From Octopus vulgaris (Eukaryota), in assembly GCA_951406725.2 (NCBI GenBank), contig OX597815.1:157914001-157978000 (forward strand): a stretch of 64,000 nucleotides of DNA, given 5' to 3'. The position numbers were made by a program, and so were the translations under genes. This document shows positions 25,308-38,957 of the stretch, in pieces; position 1 is the first letter of the stretch; each line of letters begins with the position of its first letter. The notes below the pieces were generated by a model. That model saw only the letters and a program-made list of their open reading frames with translations, made no database searches and was not told the DNA's origin.

Positions 25308-25816
25308 ATGGTGGCTGTCCCTTCGTTATCGAGTATGGCCATTGCACGAGGCTTAATCAACGTTGTTATCGTGCAATGCCTGTGCAAGAAGATTTTTTTT
25401 TAAGTGAGGAAAGGCTGTGCACTGAGTCAATCCCACTCACTAAGCAACAGCAGCCATAATCCGAAAGGAAGAACAAGTCAGCATCATCGGTAACCACTGA
25501 GCCGCAGGTTTTATTTCCGAGTTATCCCAGTTATCCTTCACTCCCAATGGGTTAACCGCGCGATCGGGTATTCAGTCCGATTATTTCTATGTCCCCGTGC
25601 ATGATACAGCCTTAAGACATTTATTGGATGGCTGTTGACTCTCAAGAGTTCCTCCGCCTTTTAACGGGTTTTGTTTTTCATCCCGCAGGGTGACCAATAA
25701 ACACCCTCCTCACCAAGCAAGCTTGGTGGTGTTGCCGGTTTAGTCGCCGGCGACCCGACCATGCAACAGGTTGTACTGGGTTACATGTTACCAGTAGCAC
25801 TCGAAAGTGACCTGAC
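25308..25816 (-). mobile_element. ~500-bp non-coding retroposon, probably RTE-related, inserted in (TACA)n
   Basis: GC-rich structured 5' part; 3' end ctcgataacgaagggacagcc resembles RTE-type tails; no ORF. Confidence 0.45.
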
Positions 25817-25913
25817 ATACATACATACATACATACATACATACATACATACATACATACATACATGCATACATACATACATACATACATACATACATAC
25901 ATACATACATACA

Positions 25914-25981
<68 letters not shown>

Positions 25982-26008
25982 TATATATATATGTATGTAT
26001 ATATATAT

Positions 26009-26079
<71 letters not shown>

Positions 26080-26478
26080 ACGTGGGTCCCACCTGATACG
26101 ATCAACGGAACAGCTTGCACGTGAAATTAACGTGCAAGTGGTTGATTGTAGTAAATGTCATTTTTTCGTTTTCGTTTCGTCAATATCTTTGTTGTCACTG
26201 TTCTTTTTTATATGATTCGCTTACCTAGGATAGTCAGGTTTCTTATTTTGCGATATTGTTTTCCGTAATGGAGTGTATATTAGCAGTTAGTTCAAGTTTA
26301 TTTTAATATTTGAAGGATACTGTTTGGTAAATAGATATAGTTTATCACGAATAAAATGTATAATAGTTGCTCAGTAGACGTAGTGCACGCATGCGTGTGT
26401 AAATTTCTGTTTACCAGATAGCCATTAGTTCTAGACCCGTTTGTCCAGCACTTTTTGCGTTTCGTTTTATTTCCTCTG

Positions 26479-26778
26479 TGGAGGCACATGGCCTAGTGGT
26501 TAGAGCAGCTGACTCGCGGTCGAGGGATCGCGGGTTCGAATCTCAGACCGGGCGATGTGAGCGTTTATGAGCGAAACACCTAAGCTCCACGCGACTCCGG
26601 TAGAAAGTAATGGCGAAATTCTGCTGACTCTTTCGCCACAACTTTCTCTCACTCTTTCCTCCTGTATCTTGCAGCTCACCTGCGACGGACCGGCGTCCCG
26701 TCCAGGTGGGGAACCTATACGCCAAGGAAACCGGGAAACCGGCCCTATGAGCCAAGTGTGGCTCGAGAAGAAACAAAC
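26479..26778 (+). mobile_element. SINE family C (tRNA head plus V-domain-like core)
   Basis: A box tggcctagtggt, B box ggttcgaatct, core cctgcgacggaccggcgtcccgtccagg; a minus-strand head fragment lies at 29575-29672. Confidence 0.8.
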
Positions 26779-27138
26779 TTTATTTCCTCTAAGTTATTTA
26801 CATTCAAATTAAGGCGGCAAGCGAGAAGAATCGTTAGCACACCGAGAAATATGCTTAGCAGATTTTCATCTGGTTCTGTGAGTTCTAAGTTCAAATGTCA
26901 CTGGGATCGACTTTACCTTTCTTCCTTTCGAGACTGTTAAAATAAGTATCAGTCCAACCATTAAGATAAATATAATAAACCCAGCCCACTCCCAAAATTG
27001 CTGGTCTTGTGCTAAAAATTAGAAAATTTATTTACAATATTATTAGTATTATTACTGAGTGAGAGAGCAGTGCGTGCAGTCAAAGTAACACTTGGGGAAA
27101 ATATATGTAGCCCAGTATACCCATCATGACTAACCGTC

Positions 27139-27361
<223 letters not shown>

Positions 27362-27362
<1 letters not shown>

Positions 27363-27930
27363 GCCCTGATGCAGTACCAGACAGTGGCTCTCATGGCTTC
27401 TGATCTTAACTGATTGGAAGTGTTATCATGTACATTGTTTTGTCTTGGTATAAAAGATGGGCTACAGCAAATATTCTGCTCAATACCACAGATTTGCTTG
27501 TCAGTTGTTTGACCTTAACCAGTTGAGCATGTCCCTTAGTGGCTGACGATATGTGCATCTCTGATCACGAGCAGAAGTAGTGGGGGAGCATCATAGCCAT
27601 GTGTTGAGAGGGATTCTTTGGGGTTTGAATAATTCACCTCTGGAAACATGGGTGGTTCTTTCAACATCCTTAAACAACCCTTATTCAGGGACCTTTTGAG
27701 CGGGATGGGCTACTCAACCTGAAGAAAATTCTAACTGGGCCCCACCTGCAAGGTCATGTGCTGTTTATCTTGATATGAGATCACCATGTCGCGCACATAT
27801 GGTTGTGATGCATGTGCCTGGTGTACCCTTATCAGTCGGGTAGTCATGATGGGTATATTGGGCTTCGTATATTTTACCCCAGTGTCACTTTGATGGCATG
27901 CACTGCTCTTTCACTCAATAATAATAATAA
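27362..27930 (+). mobile_element. ~560-bp non-coding retroposon embedded in (TAA)n
   Basis: Flanked by (TAA)n on both sides; its 3' 85 bp recur inverted at 27056-27140. Confidence 0.6.
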
Positions 27931-27963
27931 TAGACGGTTAGTCATGATGGGTATACTGGGCTA

Positions 27964-28917
27964 TACCCACCCAGCCGCTGACATAATCTTTACATCTAAC
28001 AGCTTGGTGTTACTGCCACCCACACCCCGGCGGATAGTCTCTTCTATCCACTCAGGCTCAATTACGGGTGGCAGCGCACACACCCAAGCTCTTGTTAATT
28101 TTCGCCCACCGTATGTGGGGAGAAACAAAATTTTCTCCCCTTCCACCAGCTGGCATGCAAATTTTTGTGCCTCCGTAGAGGCGTCAAAAAATCACACACG
28201 CGGTTGCATACTTTGCTCCCGTACGGATAACTCTAAAAGTTGGCAGGTACTCTGCCAACTCTTCCTCAATCTCAGACTGAGAGAACACAGCGATGGTTTC
28301 AAGGACCCTAGAGTAGGTCCTTAACACCATCGCTCTCTCAGTATAATTTTAAGCCATTCTTTGAGGGCCTCAATTCGCCACTCCCAAACGGTATTCTTTG
28401 TTGCCATTTTTTAAAAATCAAATAAAAATAGAATGTTCCAAAAGCAAAAAGTCCAAAAATATTCAAATAAAAGTCAATGAAAAAACACAAAGAAAGAACA
28501 GAAAGACAGAAGAGAGAAGAAAAGTGAAGGAAGACACAATTCAACTACTCAGGTAATTCACAAATCGTAGTTCTCCGTCGCAGCACAAAATTTCCAATTT
28601 TCATCAAATTCTTGCTGTCTCCGTACTCCTTGCCTGAATGGTAAATCCTCCTTGCCAAGGGCACAAACAAAGTCACAATTTTCACAATTTTCGGAGGGGA
28701 TACACCCCTTCCACTACTCGCACGACCACTGGCAGGTAAATGTCTGGAACTCAGTGGAGACCCTTGCTCGTCAAAAATTATTAATTACAAAACAACGGAC
28801 TCCACTAAGCTCCCCAAAAACCAAACGCCTTGCCTGTTGTCTTGCTTCAATTTTTCAATTATTCACAACGCAAAACGATGTGGCTTCAGAGCGTAAAATA
28901 ACGCTAACTCTTCAGTG
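27964..28917 (-). mobile_element. L1/Tx1-type retroelement 5' UTR plus start of ORF1, 3'-truncated
   Basis: ATG at 28407; ERAMVLRTYSRV..FDASTEAQKF..LFLPTYGGRKLTRAWVCALPPVIEPEWI aligns by eye with the ORF1 at 34861-35480. Confidence 0.6.
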
Positions 28918-29244
28918 AAGTAAGCAAGCTATTTACCACACAGCCACTCCTACGCCTATGAATATTTAAAATTATTTCACTCATTCTTAAAATTAACAAC
29001 GACATTGCTTCTAAAAATACAGTACAATTTCCAATTCCATTATTTCTTTAAATAGACAATTTCCTTTTACATTTAAATTTTATTTTCTTCTCTTACTTTC
29101 TCAACTTTCTTACTTCTTTTACGATGTTTGCAAAACTTTTTATTTCAATGACGGAATTTTTGCACTTTCTAAATAAAAGCTTCATATTTTGAAATAGAAT
29201 TCAAGTAAATAGGTTTATATATATATACATACATACATGCATAC

Positions 29245-29284
<40 letters not shown>

Positions 29285-29426
29285 GTAAGTGTATATATAT
29301 ATATGTAAGTGTGTATATAAATGTATATAATTAAATATAGATATAAATATATATATATATATATAAGTGTATATATAAATATATGTATATAAGTATATAT
29401 AATCAAATATAGATATAAGTATGTAA

Positions 29427-29528
<102 letters not shown>

Positions 29529-30539
29529 AGAAATTGTGGCACACCGTCGATTACGACGGTGAGGGTTCGTGGAGCTTTAGGTATTTTTGCTCAATAAACA
29601 CTCACAAGCCCGGTCTGGGAATGGAAACTGCGATCCTACGACCGTAAGTCCGCTGCGCTAACCACTGTGCCATATATATAAGTATATAAGTAAATATATA
29701 TAGGGTGTTGTATTTTATATGTCTTTCGTATATTTTTCATTATTACAGTCACCATTTTTTTAAAAAAGCAATGTTGTCAAAAATTAGAATTTTGATGTAA
29801 ATATGTGTATAGCCATGTATTTGTAAGCATGCGTCTCTGTGTATGTGTAAGTGAGCGTATGTTTGTGCTTAAGCACACACATACACGGCTGTATGTGTAT
29901 GTATCCACTTGAACGTGTGTGTTTGTATACTTGTCTCTATATATATGTCAATAACGTGGTTACACAGCTTGTATACATAATTTTTTTTATTTCGTTTTTT
30001 CCCCACCCCTCCCTTATTCTTTTTTTCCTTCCTCCTTCTTCGTTCCTTTTTCTCTCTCTTCCTTTCTTTCGCTTTTTTCTCTAACTATATGATACTGGTG
30101 CATACAACTTTACGTCCCCCTCACTTAAGCTTTGCTCCGTAAATAAGGAACGCTACATTAGCATCCATGATTTTAACTTGCGTGCGAGATACATTGCGTA
30201 TACATATGTATGCATGCATTTGTGTGTATATTTTAGATTTATATTTATACGTCTGTATATGTATGGCGTTTGCACGCATCCTTCTGTGTATGTTGATATA
30301 TATATGTACACTTTAATATGAATATGTATTGCAGTGTAATATTTATAGTGCATTTTAATTTCCATGTATTAATTATATTTCCTTCATTAACGTCAATATG
30401 TATTTTATTCAATGTAAGGTTTTTCCTCGAATTTTATAATTTTTATAATTTTTTTATATATATATGTATACATATATATTTTTGAGCTCATTTTTTGTTT
30501 ATCGCTCGAAGATTGACCGTTATTTCTAAAGGGCCAATC

Positions 30540-30755
30540 AAACAAGTCCATTTTTTAAAGGTGTAGCGTTTGTAAGAGTCTGGATTGAATTGATATATCG
30601 GTTCCATTCTAACAAAAACTGTCTGATGAACGGCAACTCAGAGTAACAGATTTTGTTGAATTTTCTGCTGCTTTAAATAAAGCATATTACTCTACCACTG
30701 GTATTTGAGTACTCTTTTTTTCCACCTTGTTTCACATTTATGTGTTTACTCCGGT
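30540..30755 (+). mobile_element. Hammerhead-bearing short element (PLE-like), stem II deleted
   Basis: aaaactgt-ctgatga..actcagagt-a-acagatttt; homologous to 48566-48644. Confidence 0.65.
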
Positions 30756-30803
30756 ATATATATATATATATATACATACAATTATAAATATATATATACA
30801 TAC

Positions 30804-30877
<74 letters not shown>

Positions 30878-30914
30878 TCCCGGGTTGAGTCGGGGTTAAC
30901 CACAGTAAATAAGG

Positions 30915-31024
30915 TACTCAATACTTCCTGTAGAAGCTCCTTCTATAAAATAAAATATATAAATATATTTATATATATATATATTTTATTTTATAGAAGG
31001 AGCTTCTACAGGAAGTATTGAGTA
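30915..31024. repeat. Perfect ~46-bp-arm palindrome around an AT core
   Basis: tactcaatacttcctgtagaagctccttctataaaataaaatatat is mirrored exactly. Confidence 0.95.
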
Positions 31025-32999
31025 TATAATTAAATAAATTGCATTAAATAAATTGCATTTCATAGTCGAGGCTCTGATGAAGTTGTAAGGCGTTACTCAG
31101 GCACTCAACTAGGAGTTCACTATATCTTATAGCACAGAATAGTCGTAAACTACTGAAGTTCATAAGAAAGTCGCTCATTTATTTGTCATCCCATTTTCTT
31201 TTACATACATGCATAAAAAAATACCCTGTTGTTGATGTTGAAATTCCAATGAGGAAGCCTTGGATTTAGGTTAGAAACCGGCTCTTTCTCTAATAGCTAG
31301 AAATCTTGAAATAAAAATGAATGTCATACATACATACACATGCACAAACACGCGTGCGCGCGTGCATCTGTTTGTTTGTATATAAATATTCTGTACATAT
31401 ATTTGTGTTTGTATATGTGTCTGTGGCGGGATGAGTGCGTGTGTGACATTTTTCTTTGAACAAAAACAATGGCTACTTCGACTCCTACGATGCTATTCGA
31501 TTTTCTGCAGATATTCAAAACTGCCATAGAATCGACCGATAAAGCTATAAGCAAACGGACGATACTGCCGCCACTATTACTCAGTTCTCATTATATCTGT
31601 ATGTAAAACAGATCTCTGCAATGACTGTGGAATATAACAGCTTTAAAACGTTTTAAACATTATGAAAGTATAGATAACACTTTTTTTTAATAGAATAGGT
31701 AAAAACAACCACTCGTGTATTATAAAACATTGACGATGTCGCTAGAGGCTATAAAAATGTTATAATACGCATTAGACTATCAATACCTACTTGAATTACC
31801 GTTGCTACTCGACACCTGAGAATTAAGGAACACCTGAGAAATATTCATAATGCACGTTACTAAGCATTCTAATTTTGTGGATAATGAGTGTAGAAAATAA
31901 AAACAATACAAATCTCGAAATCAGACATTTGTTTTATAACGTCATGAAATGAATATCACTGTAAGGCGAATAATATATTCACAGTGCACCAAATGCATTT
32001 CATGAAAAAAATTGACAAAACTCGACAGAGATTCTGACCGTCAAAACTTTGTGGGGGAAAATTATTAATTTTATAGCATGAGCTCAAGATCTGGGTGAAA
32101 AGCAATTCCGTTATCGGAAAAAATAGAAAGTACTTTCTAACTGTACACTTGGTTCTGGTCCACTTGCTGTTAACAGAAGAATGAAAAAAAAAAAAAAAGA
32201 ACAATGTCACTATAAAAGAGCTCCTTCGCAGAAAGATCTTAAAATCAATTTGGTTTCAAATCTAGAATGAAAGGAAAGGTTTTAATCAGAATACATTATC
32301 GCTATAAACTACGAAAAACGAATACTTTAGCAACATTAATAGCAAATATAACTGACTTTGAAACTTTTATCAAAGCTGGGAAAAAGCTGCATGATACGAA
32401 GACATTAAGTAAAAGCCTAATTAGTTGGGTATGGGTCCAAAGTCTTGACGTTTTATAGGATATTATTAATGCATGTATTTTAAAGAACTATGGAAGATAT
32501 GATTAGCATATTGAATTGGCACAGGCAAATTTTGTAGCAAAGAATGAAAACTATAGACCATTGCATGCTTAAATATTATGTTCAAACTTTACACAAGCTG
32601 CCTGAAACAATTCCACTATATTGAGAGCTAATCAGTACAGTAACTGTTGCTGAATTGCAGGAGATGGGGGGCATTTAATTCTATTCCATTCTCATGGCTG
32701 CTGAAGCCACTGTAATTGGCAAAAATCCTTGTCGCATAGTTACTGCTAATGCAAGTCTCGCAAAGACCTAGTCAACGTTCCTACCCTTTGTGACTGAAAG
32801 TGGAATCACTGTCTCTGATATTATAAATACTTCAAAGGATAAATATTTTAACTCTAAATTCATCGCTATTTCGTTTACTAATTGATGAAAATATATCATA
32901 CAAACGTGCTGTAAACAAAGATAGAGTGACCAAAGAATATCATACGAGACTTTAGAAGCTAAGGCTGCCAGAACTTTTCTATTACAACAAAGAATATCC

Positions 33000-33130
33000 C
33001 CATTATTTACATTATTTACATTATTTACATTCGACTGTCCTCATCTTGTTTGTTGTTAAAACAACGTTTCGGCTGATATACCCTCCAGCGTTTTTCAAGT
33101 GTCTTGGGGAAATACAGATGCATTATGGGA
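33000..33130 (-). mobile_element. Short PLE-like fragment with a degenerate hammerhead
   Basis: Minus strand gctg-gagggtatat-cagc-cgaaacgtt; flanked by the direct repeat aaagaatatccc. Confidence 0.5.
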
Positions 33131-34550
33131 AAGAATATCCCATAATGCATTTGCAGTACCAGTAACGATACCAACATTTGACATATTCAGTTGAGGTATA
33201 GAAGTCCATTCAATAAATATTAAAACTCCAAGATCCTGACATTAACTACATGCTTCCACGGGAATAATAATATCGAGAGGCTCTAGCTAAAAGAAAAACG
33301 TGAGAAGAGGCTTACGATTAGTGCAGACGACCCTTTTTTCTGTCGTATACTGTTACTCAGACAACGTCTGCTAAACAACATCAAAAATAAATTCTTTCTA
33401 ATTGGTTTGCTAGTTTATTTTTTTTATTCGTGGTAATACAAAATTAATTTTTATCAATAATAATAATGAAATGAGTTATCCAGTTTCTTTTATTCAACTT
33501 TCATTCTTTGTGAAAGATTTGTTTAATTCTCCGAATGAAATTGTCAAAGTGTCAGGTTTTGCTGGCGATTATTAACAACAAAATGGACAAATAAATATGA
33601 ACAATTTGATCCTTCGAAAATACAATTCATTTTCATCACTCAGAATATGTCAATTACCAATGTAATCAGATATATATCATGAGTTAATTATTAATATCGC
33701 AAAAAAAAACAATTAAAATTATTGATATTTGGTTACAGACATACTATTGAATCATATAAAACAAATATCACTGCTTAATATATATAAACACTTGAGGTTA
33801 TATACTAAAGCTAAGAAGAGGTTCAAGTACTGCATATCTTCAAGCTACTGAAAACTTTTTGCACTCAAATAGATATTTTTTAAGATCTACCCCTAATGTA
33901 GCTATTTGTCATGAAGCTGCATTGACTCATACCATTTTCTTAATGGAAGCATCTAAAAAATATAAATTGCTAACTGTTCTATTTAAACAAAAAGTAAGCA
34001 AAATAAAGTCATATCTGATAACCTCTATAGGAAAAACGATAACAATCCTTTAAAATAATAATCTAATAATTTAAGAGATTGAAAATTACTATAATAATTT
34101 TATTCAGTCAGACTGTTTTAACAACTGGGTCAGCTGGGCTGATTCAGGTAATGAAACAGCGTGTAGAGCTACTTGGAATTTTTAGCATAATAGTAAAAAA
34201 ATTAGCAGCATTAGTTTACAATATTTATGTTTCAGTGTTGCGCAATAATGTCTTTAGATTTTACTAAAGAAATATAAAAAATAGATTTTTTGTTATTTAT
34301 TTGATAGTTTATATAATCTACTTTTATTTCAAACAACAAAAAATACAGCTTCAGATAGATATAAATATACTTAGATCTTTATTTGAAACTAATAAACAAA
34401 TAGATTGCTATGGAGAAGCTCTTAACTACCAAACCGTCTCTGACTTTGAGACAGCCAGGATCCACAGGCAGAAAGAGAAAGAACCCAACACAGAACAGAG
34501 TCTTTTAAAAATCATCTCTGGCTAATCATAGAAAGGACGTTGGTGTCGCC

Positions 34551-37500
34551 GACTAACAACTTGTTTGTTTGAGTTCTGAGTTTCGTCATTTTTTGACCAC
34601 GGTTTAGGGTTGTTGTTGTATGTTGAGGGCTTTCGCTTTGAGACTCACCGTTGTTGAAGTTGTTGTGTGTCATTGGTGGAAGTTGTTGTTGAGCGACTTG
34701 CTCGTGATTGTCTTTTGCTGTTTTCTCCCCATTGTGGGGGTAGGATGCGTTTTTCGTTGTGGAAGGCTATGCAAGGGCCGCTGAGGTGGGGGCAGCTGTG
34801 CTGTTGGGCGCGAGACGGATGGCGGTGGATGTGGAAGAGGTAGTGGAATGTGAATAGTTTGTGCAAAGAGAGGGAGACGCAATAAAGCTGGTCCCTCTAG
34901 AAGAGACGGTCAAGGAGGAAAGTGAGGGGGCGGTGGTGTACTGCACGCGGGCGGTCGTCGCCAATAGAGTTGAAGTACTGTCGGAGAATGGCGTGGCAGA
35001 GTGTTTGGGACCCCTGACGAGAGCGGCAACTTTCGTTGGCCGAGGAAGGAAGTGTGGTGCGATGGGGGTGGGGTTTGCCACTGGGGAGGGGGTGACCTCA
35101 CATTCCACCACTGTTTTGCGCACTGAAAGGGTGACACTACTGCCCAGTGTGGAGCGGGTTAGGTATTCGCGTTCGCATTGGAGGAGTGCCACCAGAAGTG
35201 GAGCTGGAGTAGTTGGTGACGGCTGTTGTGGCTTCCACTGGGGAGGGTCCCGAATTAGGACCGGTGGGAGGGGCGAGCATGTTAAACTGATGGGGATGCA
35301 GCGTCGAGATGTGGCTTTTTGCCTCTTTCGAGGACATTGACGAGATCTCCTGCTTGGTGGAGGTTCCGGGAGAGAGTTCCCTCAAGGTGATTGTTGTGGG
35401 GCGCCGACCGGATTGTCACGAATGTGGAATGGGGGTCGCATAAGGATGCGGTGCCCCAGACGCGGGCCTCCTCAGATTGGGAGGACTATGGAGGGAGACC
35501 GGGAGGAGGTGAAAATTGGAGTGCCGATTGAAGCGGTGAAAGACGGAGACGGCAGGAGCGATGTGGAGTGCGCCAGGGATGCGGGGTGGGCCGAGGAAGG
35601 ACGGAGCAAAGGCGGCGAGTAGGGGGAATGACAGGTTTGTCAGCCCCCAAAGGGGGAGGAGGCGAGATCAGGAGAACGCTCGAAAGGAGCCAGATGGGAC
35701 GCCCAAGGAGGGTGAGGAGCCGCCTGTGTTCGGGCATACGCAGGCAGCGGAGACGGAGCCGGGAGAGAGAAAGTCGGTGGAAGAGAGTGTTTTAGAAATG
35801 AAGTATTCGTGGTCTACTGCCAAAAGAATGTAGATGTGGAAAGGAGAATTTCCAAGTGGAAGGGATTGGTAAGGATGAAGCTGCTCAGGAAGGATTTCAA
35901 AGAGGAGGAAGGGTGCGTACTATTGAATGTCGATAGATACGACACGTTCAGAAAATCATATACAAGGTATATAACTTCATTTCACGGGCCGGTGTGATTT
36001 CATGCCCTACGACCCGTAATTGAACATAAAGGGTTAAAAATTAAAAAAACAACAAATATGAACAACATTGATTCTTTATTACCTTCCAGAAGCCACAGAA
36101 AGATGAGATGTAAATGAAAAATAAAAAATGAAATGAAGCTTTTCGGCCCCATCTCCGAGGGACTTCATTTATACCTTAATTCGATCCCGTACTGTCTTTC
36201 TGTAAAATGTCAATATTGTAAACATTTCGGAGTTCAATATAATCTATATACTTTAGTACCTCACTTGTGTCCATTTTTTTCTCCCAGTATTGAAGGTCTT
36301 CCTTGTATTTAATTATTTTTGACATTTGCGGACGAAGACATCAAAAATTATATGCAGTGCGCCAGGGATACGGATGAGGTGGAGTCCAAAGAAAGACAGA
36401 ACAAAAGTGACAAGTGAGGGGAGTGACGGGTTTGTCAGCCCCCAAAAAGGAAAGGTGACAACAAAGGAAAATTCTGAAAGACCAGCAACAGAATCAGATA
36501 AGATACCCAAAGAAGGTAAGGAACCGTCTATATTTAAACACAAGCAGACGATTGAGACAGAACCAAAGGAGCAGGAATCAGTAGAAAGGACTGAACAACA
36601 GGTTTTTTAAAATAAGGCATTTATAGTTTACTACGGTACGAATGTGGACGTGGAAGAGAGGATTTCCAAGTGGACGGGTTTAATAAGGGTGAAGCTGCTC
36701 AGGGAGGATGTCAAGGATGTGTATTGTTGAACGAAGACAGATACAACACGTTTATAGAAACAAATGCAAAGTATATAATTTCAATTAGCGGGCCGGTGGG
36801 GTTTGATACCCTACCACCCATAATTCAACGTAAAGACTTGGAAAGTTTTAAAATATTGCAAAATATGAACATTTAAAAATGAAGATGTGAACTTTTAAAT
36901 GGAAAAAAAACTGTGAATCTTTTCGGTTTGAACGGCAGTTTTTTTCTCGCGGTGTCATATGAAATTGTCACCCATAATTATGACCCTAGTATCGAGCTAT
37001 TGCATTTCAATATGTTATAGGGTTAGGATTAGTTGGGGTTAGTTAGGGTTAGGGTTAGGGGTGGGGAGAAGGGTATCTTGTTTTCTTCACAAATGTAAAT
37101 AAACCCAATCTGTTTTTTTAAACGAGGGGCATATTCATACGGCACAGAATGTTTTTTTTACCTCAATGGACGTATCTGACTGGTTGAAATTGCAGAAATT
37201 GAAGAAAAAAAACAACAAATATCTTACAAACTATAGAGTTTTCTCAATAAAGCCAAGAGAAAAAGATGTTTTATAAACACATTCTACCAGTATACGAAGT
37301 TTAAAAGTGTTTAGTTACCTAGAAATTATGTTAAAAACTGCCTTTCAAACCGAAAAGATCCAAAACGGTTCAGAAAATAACGTCTAAATGTAACCACTTG
37401 ACTTCGGGGGTCGGGTGGGTATTGCACCCCATTTTATCATTTTCATATTTCATTCGTTATTTTTATTTTTTCTTCTACACTCGATTTCTTTCTGTATTTT

Positions 37501-37577
37501 TATTTCCCTGATTATGTGTCCTGTATTGTTTTGTAATGTCCCAACTATGTTTGGCCCCTTGCGAGTAATAAAAAATT
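34551..37577 (+). mobile_element. ORF1-only (HAL1-like) non-autonomous non-LTR retroelement, decayed
   Basis: ~17-bp TSD aggacgttggtgt(c/t)gc(c/t); ORF1 with RVRIGGVPP and GRRPDCHECGMGG(R)IRMRCP knuckle; no RT; SINE-A-like 3' tail. Confidence 0.7.
36915..37361 (+). mobile_element. MITE with TTAGGG tract, copy 2 (nested)
   Basis: Same TIRs; TSD aaaactgt/aaaacggt (7/8 match). Confidence 0.9.
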
Positions 37578-37578
37578 G

Positions 37579-37630
37579 AGGACGTTGGTGTTGCTTTGGT
37601 GGAGATTTGCGCTCTCTGAGTGCTCTTGTT
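37579..37630 (+). mobile_element. HINE 3' terminus, continuing 34502-34550
   Basis: Matches 1730-1785 including the hairpin gcgctc-tct-gagtgc. Confidence 0.75.
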
Positions 37631-38156
37631 CTAGAGTGGATTCGGATTTGTGTGAGAATTTTGGGAAAAATATATTGAAATAAGCAAACTAATATCGACG
37701 CTTAAAATATGAATTTAAACCACTGTGAATGACTACAAGCTAAAAACTAAAAAAAAATTCTGATTAAGTTTAATAAAATGAAAGAAAGAACAGAGAAAAA
37801 TAGAGAAAATTGTATTTAAATATCTTTGGCTGTTAAATCTTTTGGCTGATGCTATGAAATAAAATATTTTATAAATAGTTAGTAGATCCTTGAACATTAA
37901 TTGTATCGTAAATATTGGTAATCTTTTGAAAAGCTTGAATATTTTATCTCTCTCAGACTAATAATTTTAACATTGAAATGTATAATACTATAATGTTTCT
38001 GAATAGTTGCCAAGATAACATAAACATAAAATGATTAGATATAAGTGCTTCATGTTAGCATGAAAATTTTTCTTTTACATTTAAATGCGTTTATATTCAT
38101 AAAATATTCAGGTAAATGCTTTCTCTGTATTTCTCTCTCTATCTATTTATCTACTA

Positions 38157-38246
<90 letters not shown>

Positions 38247-38824
38247 CAACACATATACATATATATATATATACATCACACACACGCATATATATATATG
38301 ATGATTCCTTCATCATGTCAAATGATATCCGTGTCACATCATGATATCGAGACGACATCTGTGCATTAATAAATTCAAGTTAGAGAAGCTTGTACAATAC
38401 TCTTACCACTCTCTCGGTCGCCATAGTAATTGCAAGATGACTGGTAGTATTTTGACAGTAGGTTTTACGTCAGAGTATCTCTCTCCTAGAAGAGCGATCT
38501 TCACAGTGGCTTTGTCGAAAATAACACGAACCTCCTCTACCCATGGGAAATTCTTTTAACCCATATGGGACCTTCACAGGCACTACCACCGCAGGATGGA
38601 ACTGACCTGGGAGTAATGGTAATTAACTCCATGCTTCCTACCACTCCTGAACTCCTGAACTAGAGCCTCACCACCGGATGCAATTATATATATATATATA
38701 TATACATGCAAAGTTCTATTATATCAAAGACCAAGAAAATAACGTATCTATGAAACTTTAATCCTCCAATATCGCAGACAGACTTATTATCTATTAAAAC
38801 TTATATATGTATACATATGTATAA

Positions 38825-38908
<84 letters not shown>

Positions 38909-38957
38909 ATGTGTGTGTGCGAGCACACACATACATACATATATGCATTTGTATGTA

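Noticed and set aside
26479-26552. tRNA gene
   Set aside because: A and B boxes are present, but the acceptor stem is poor and the sequence runs into a SINE body without a poly-T terminator
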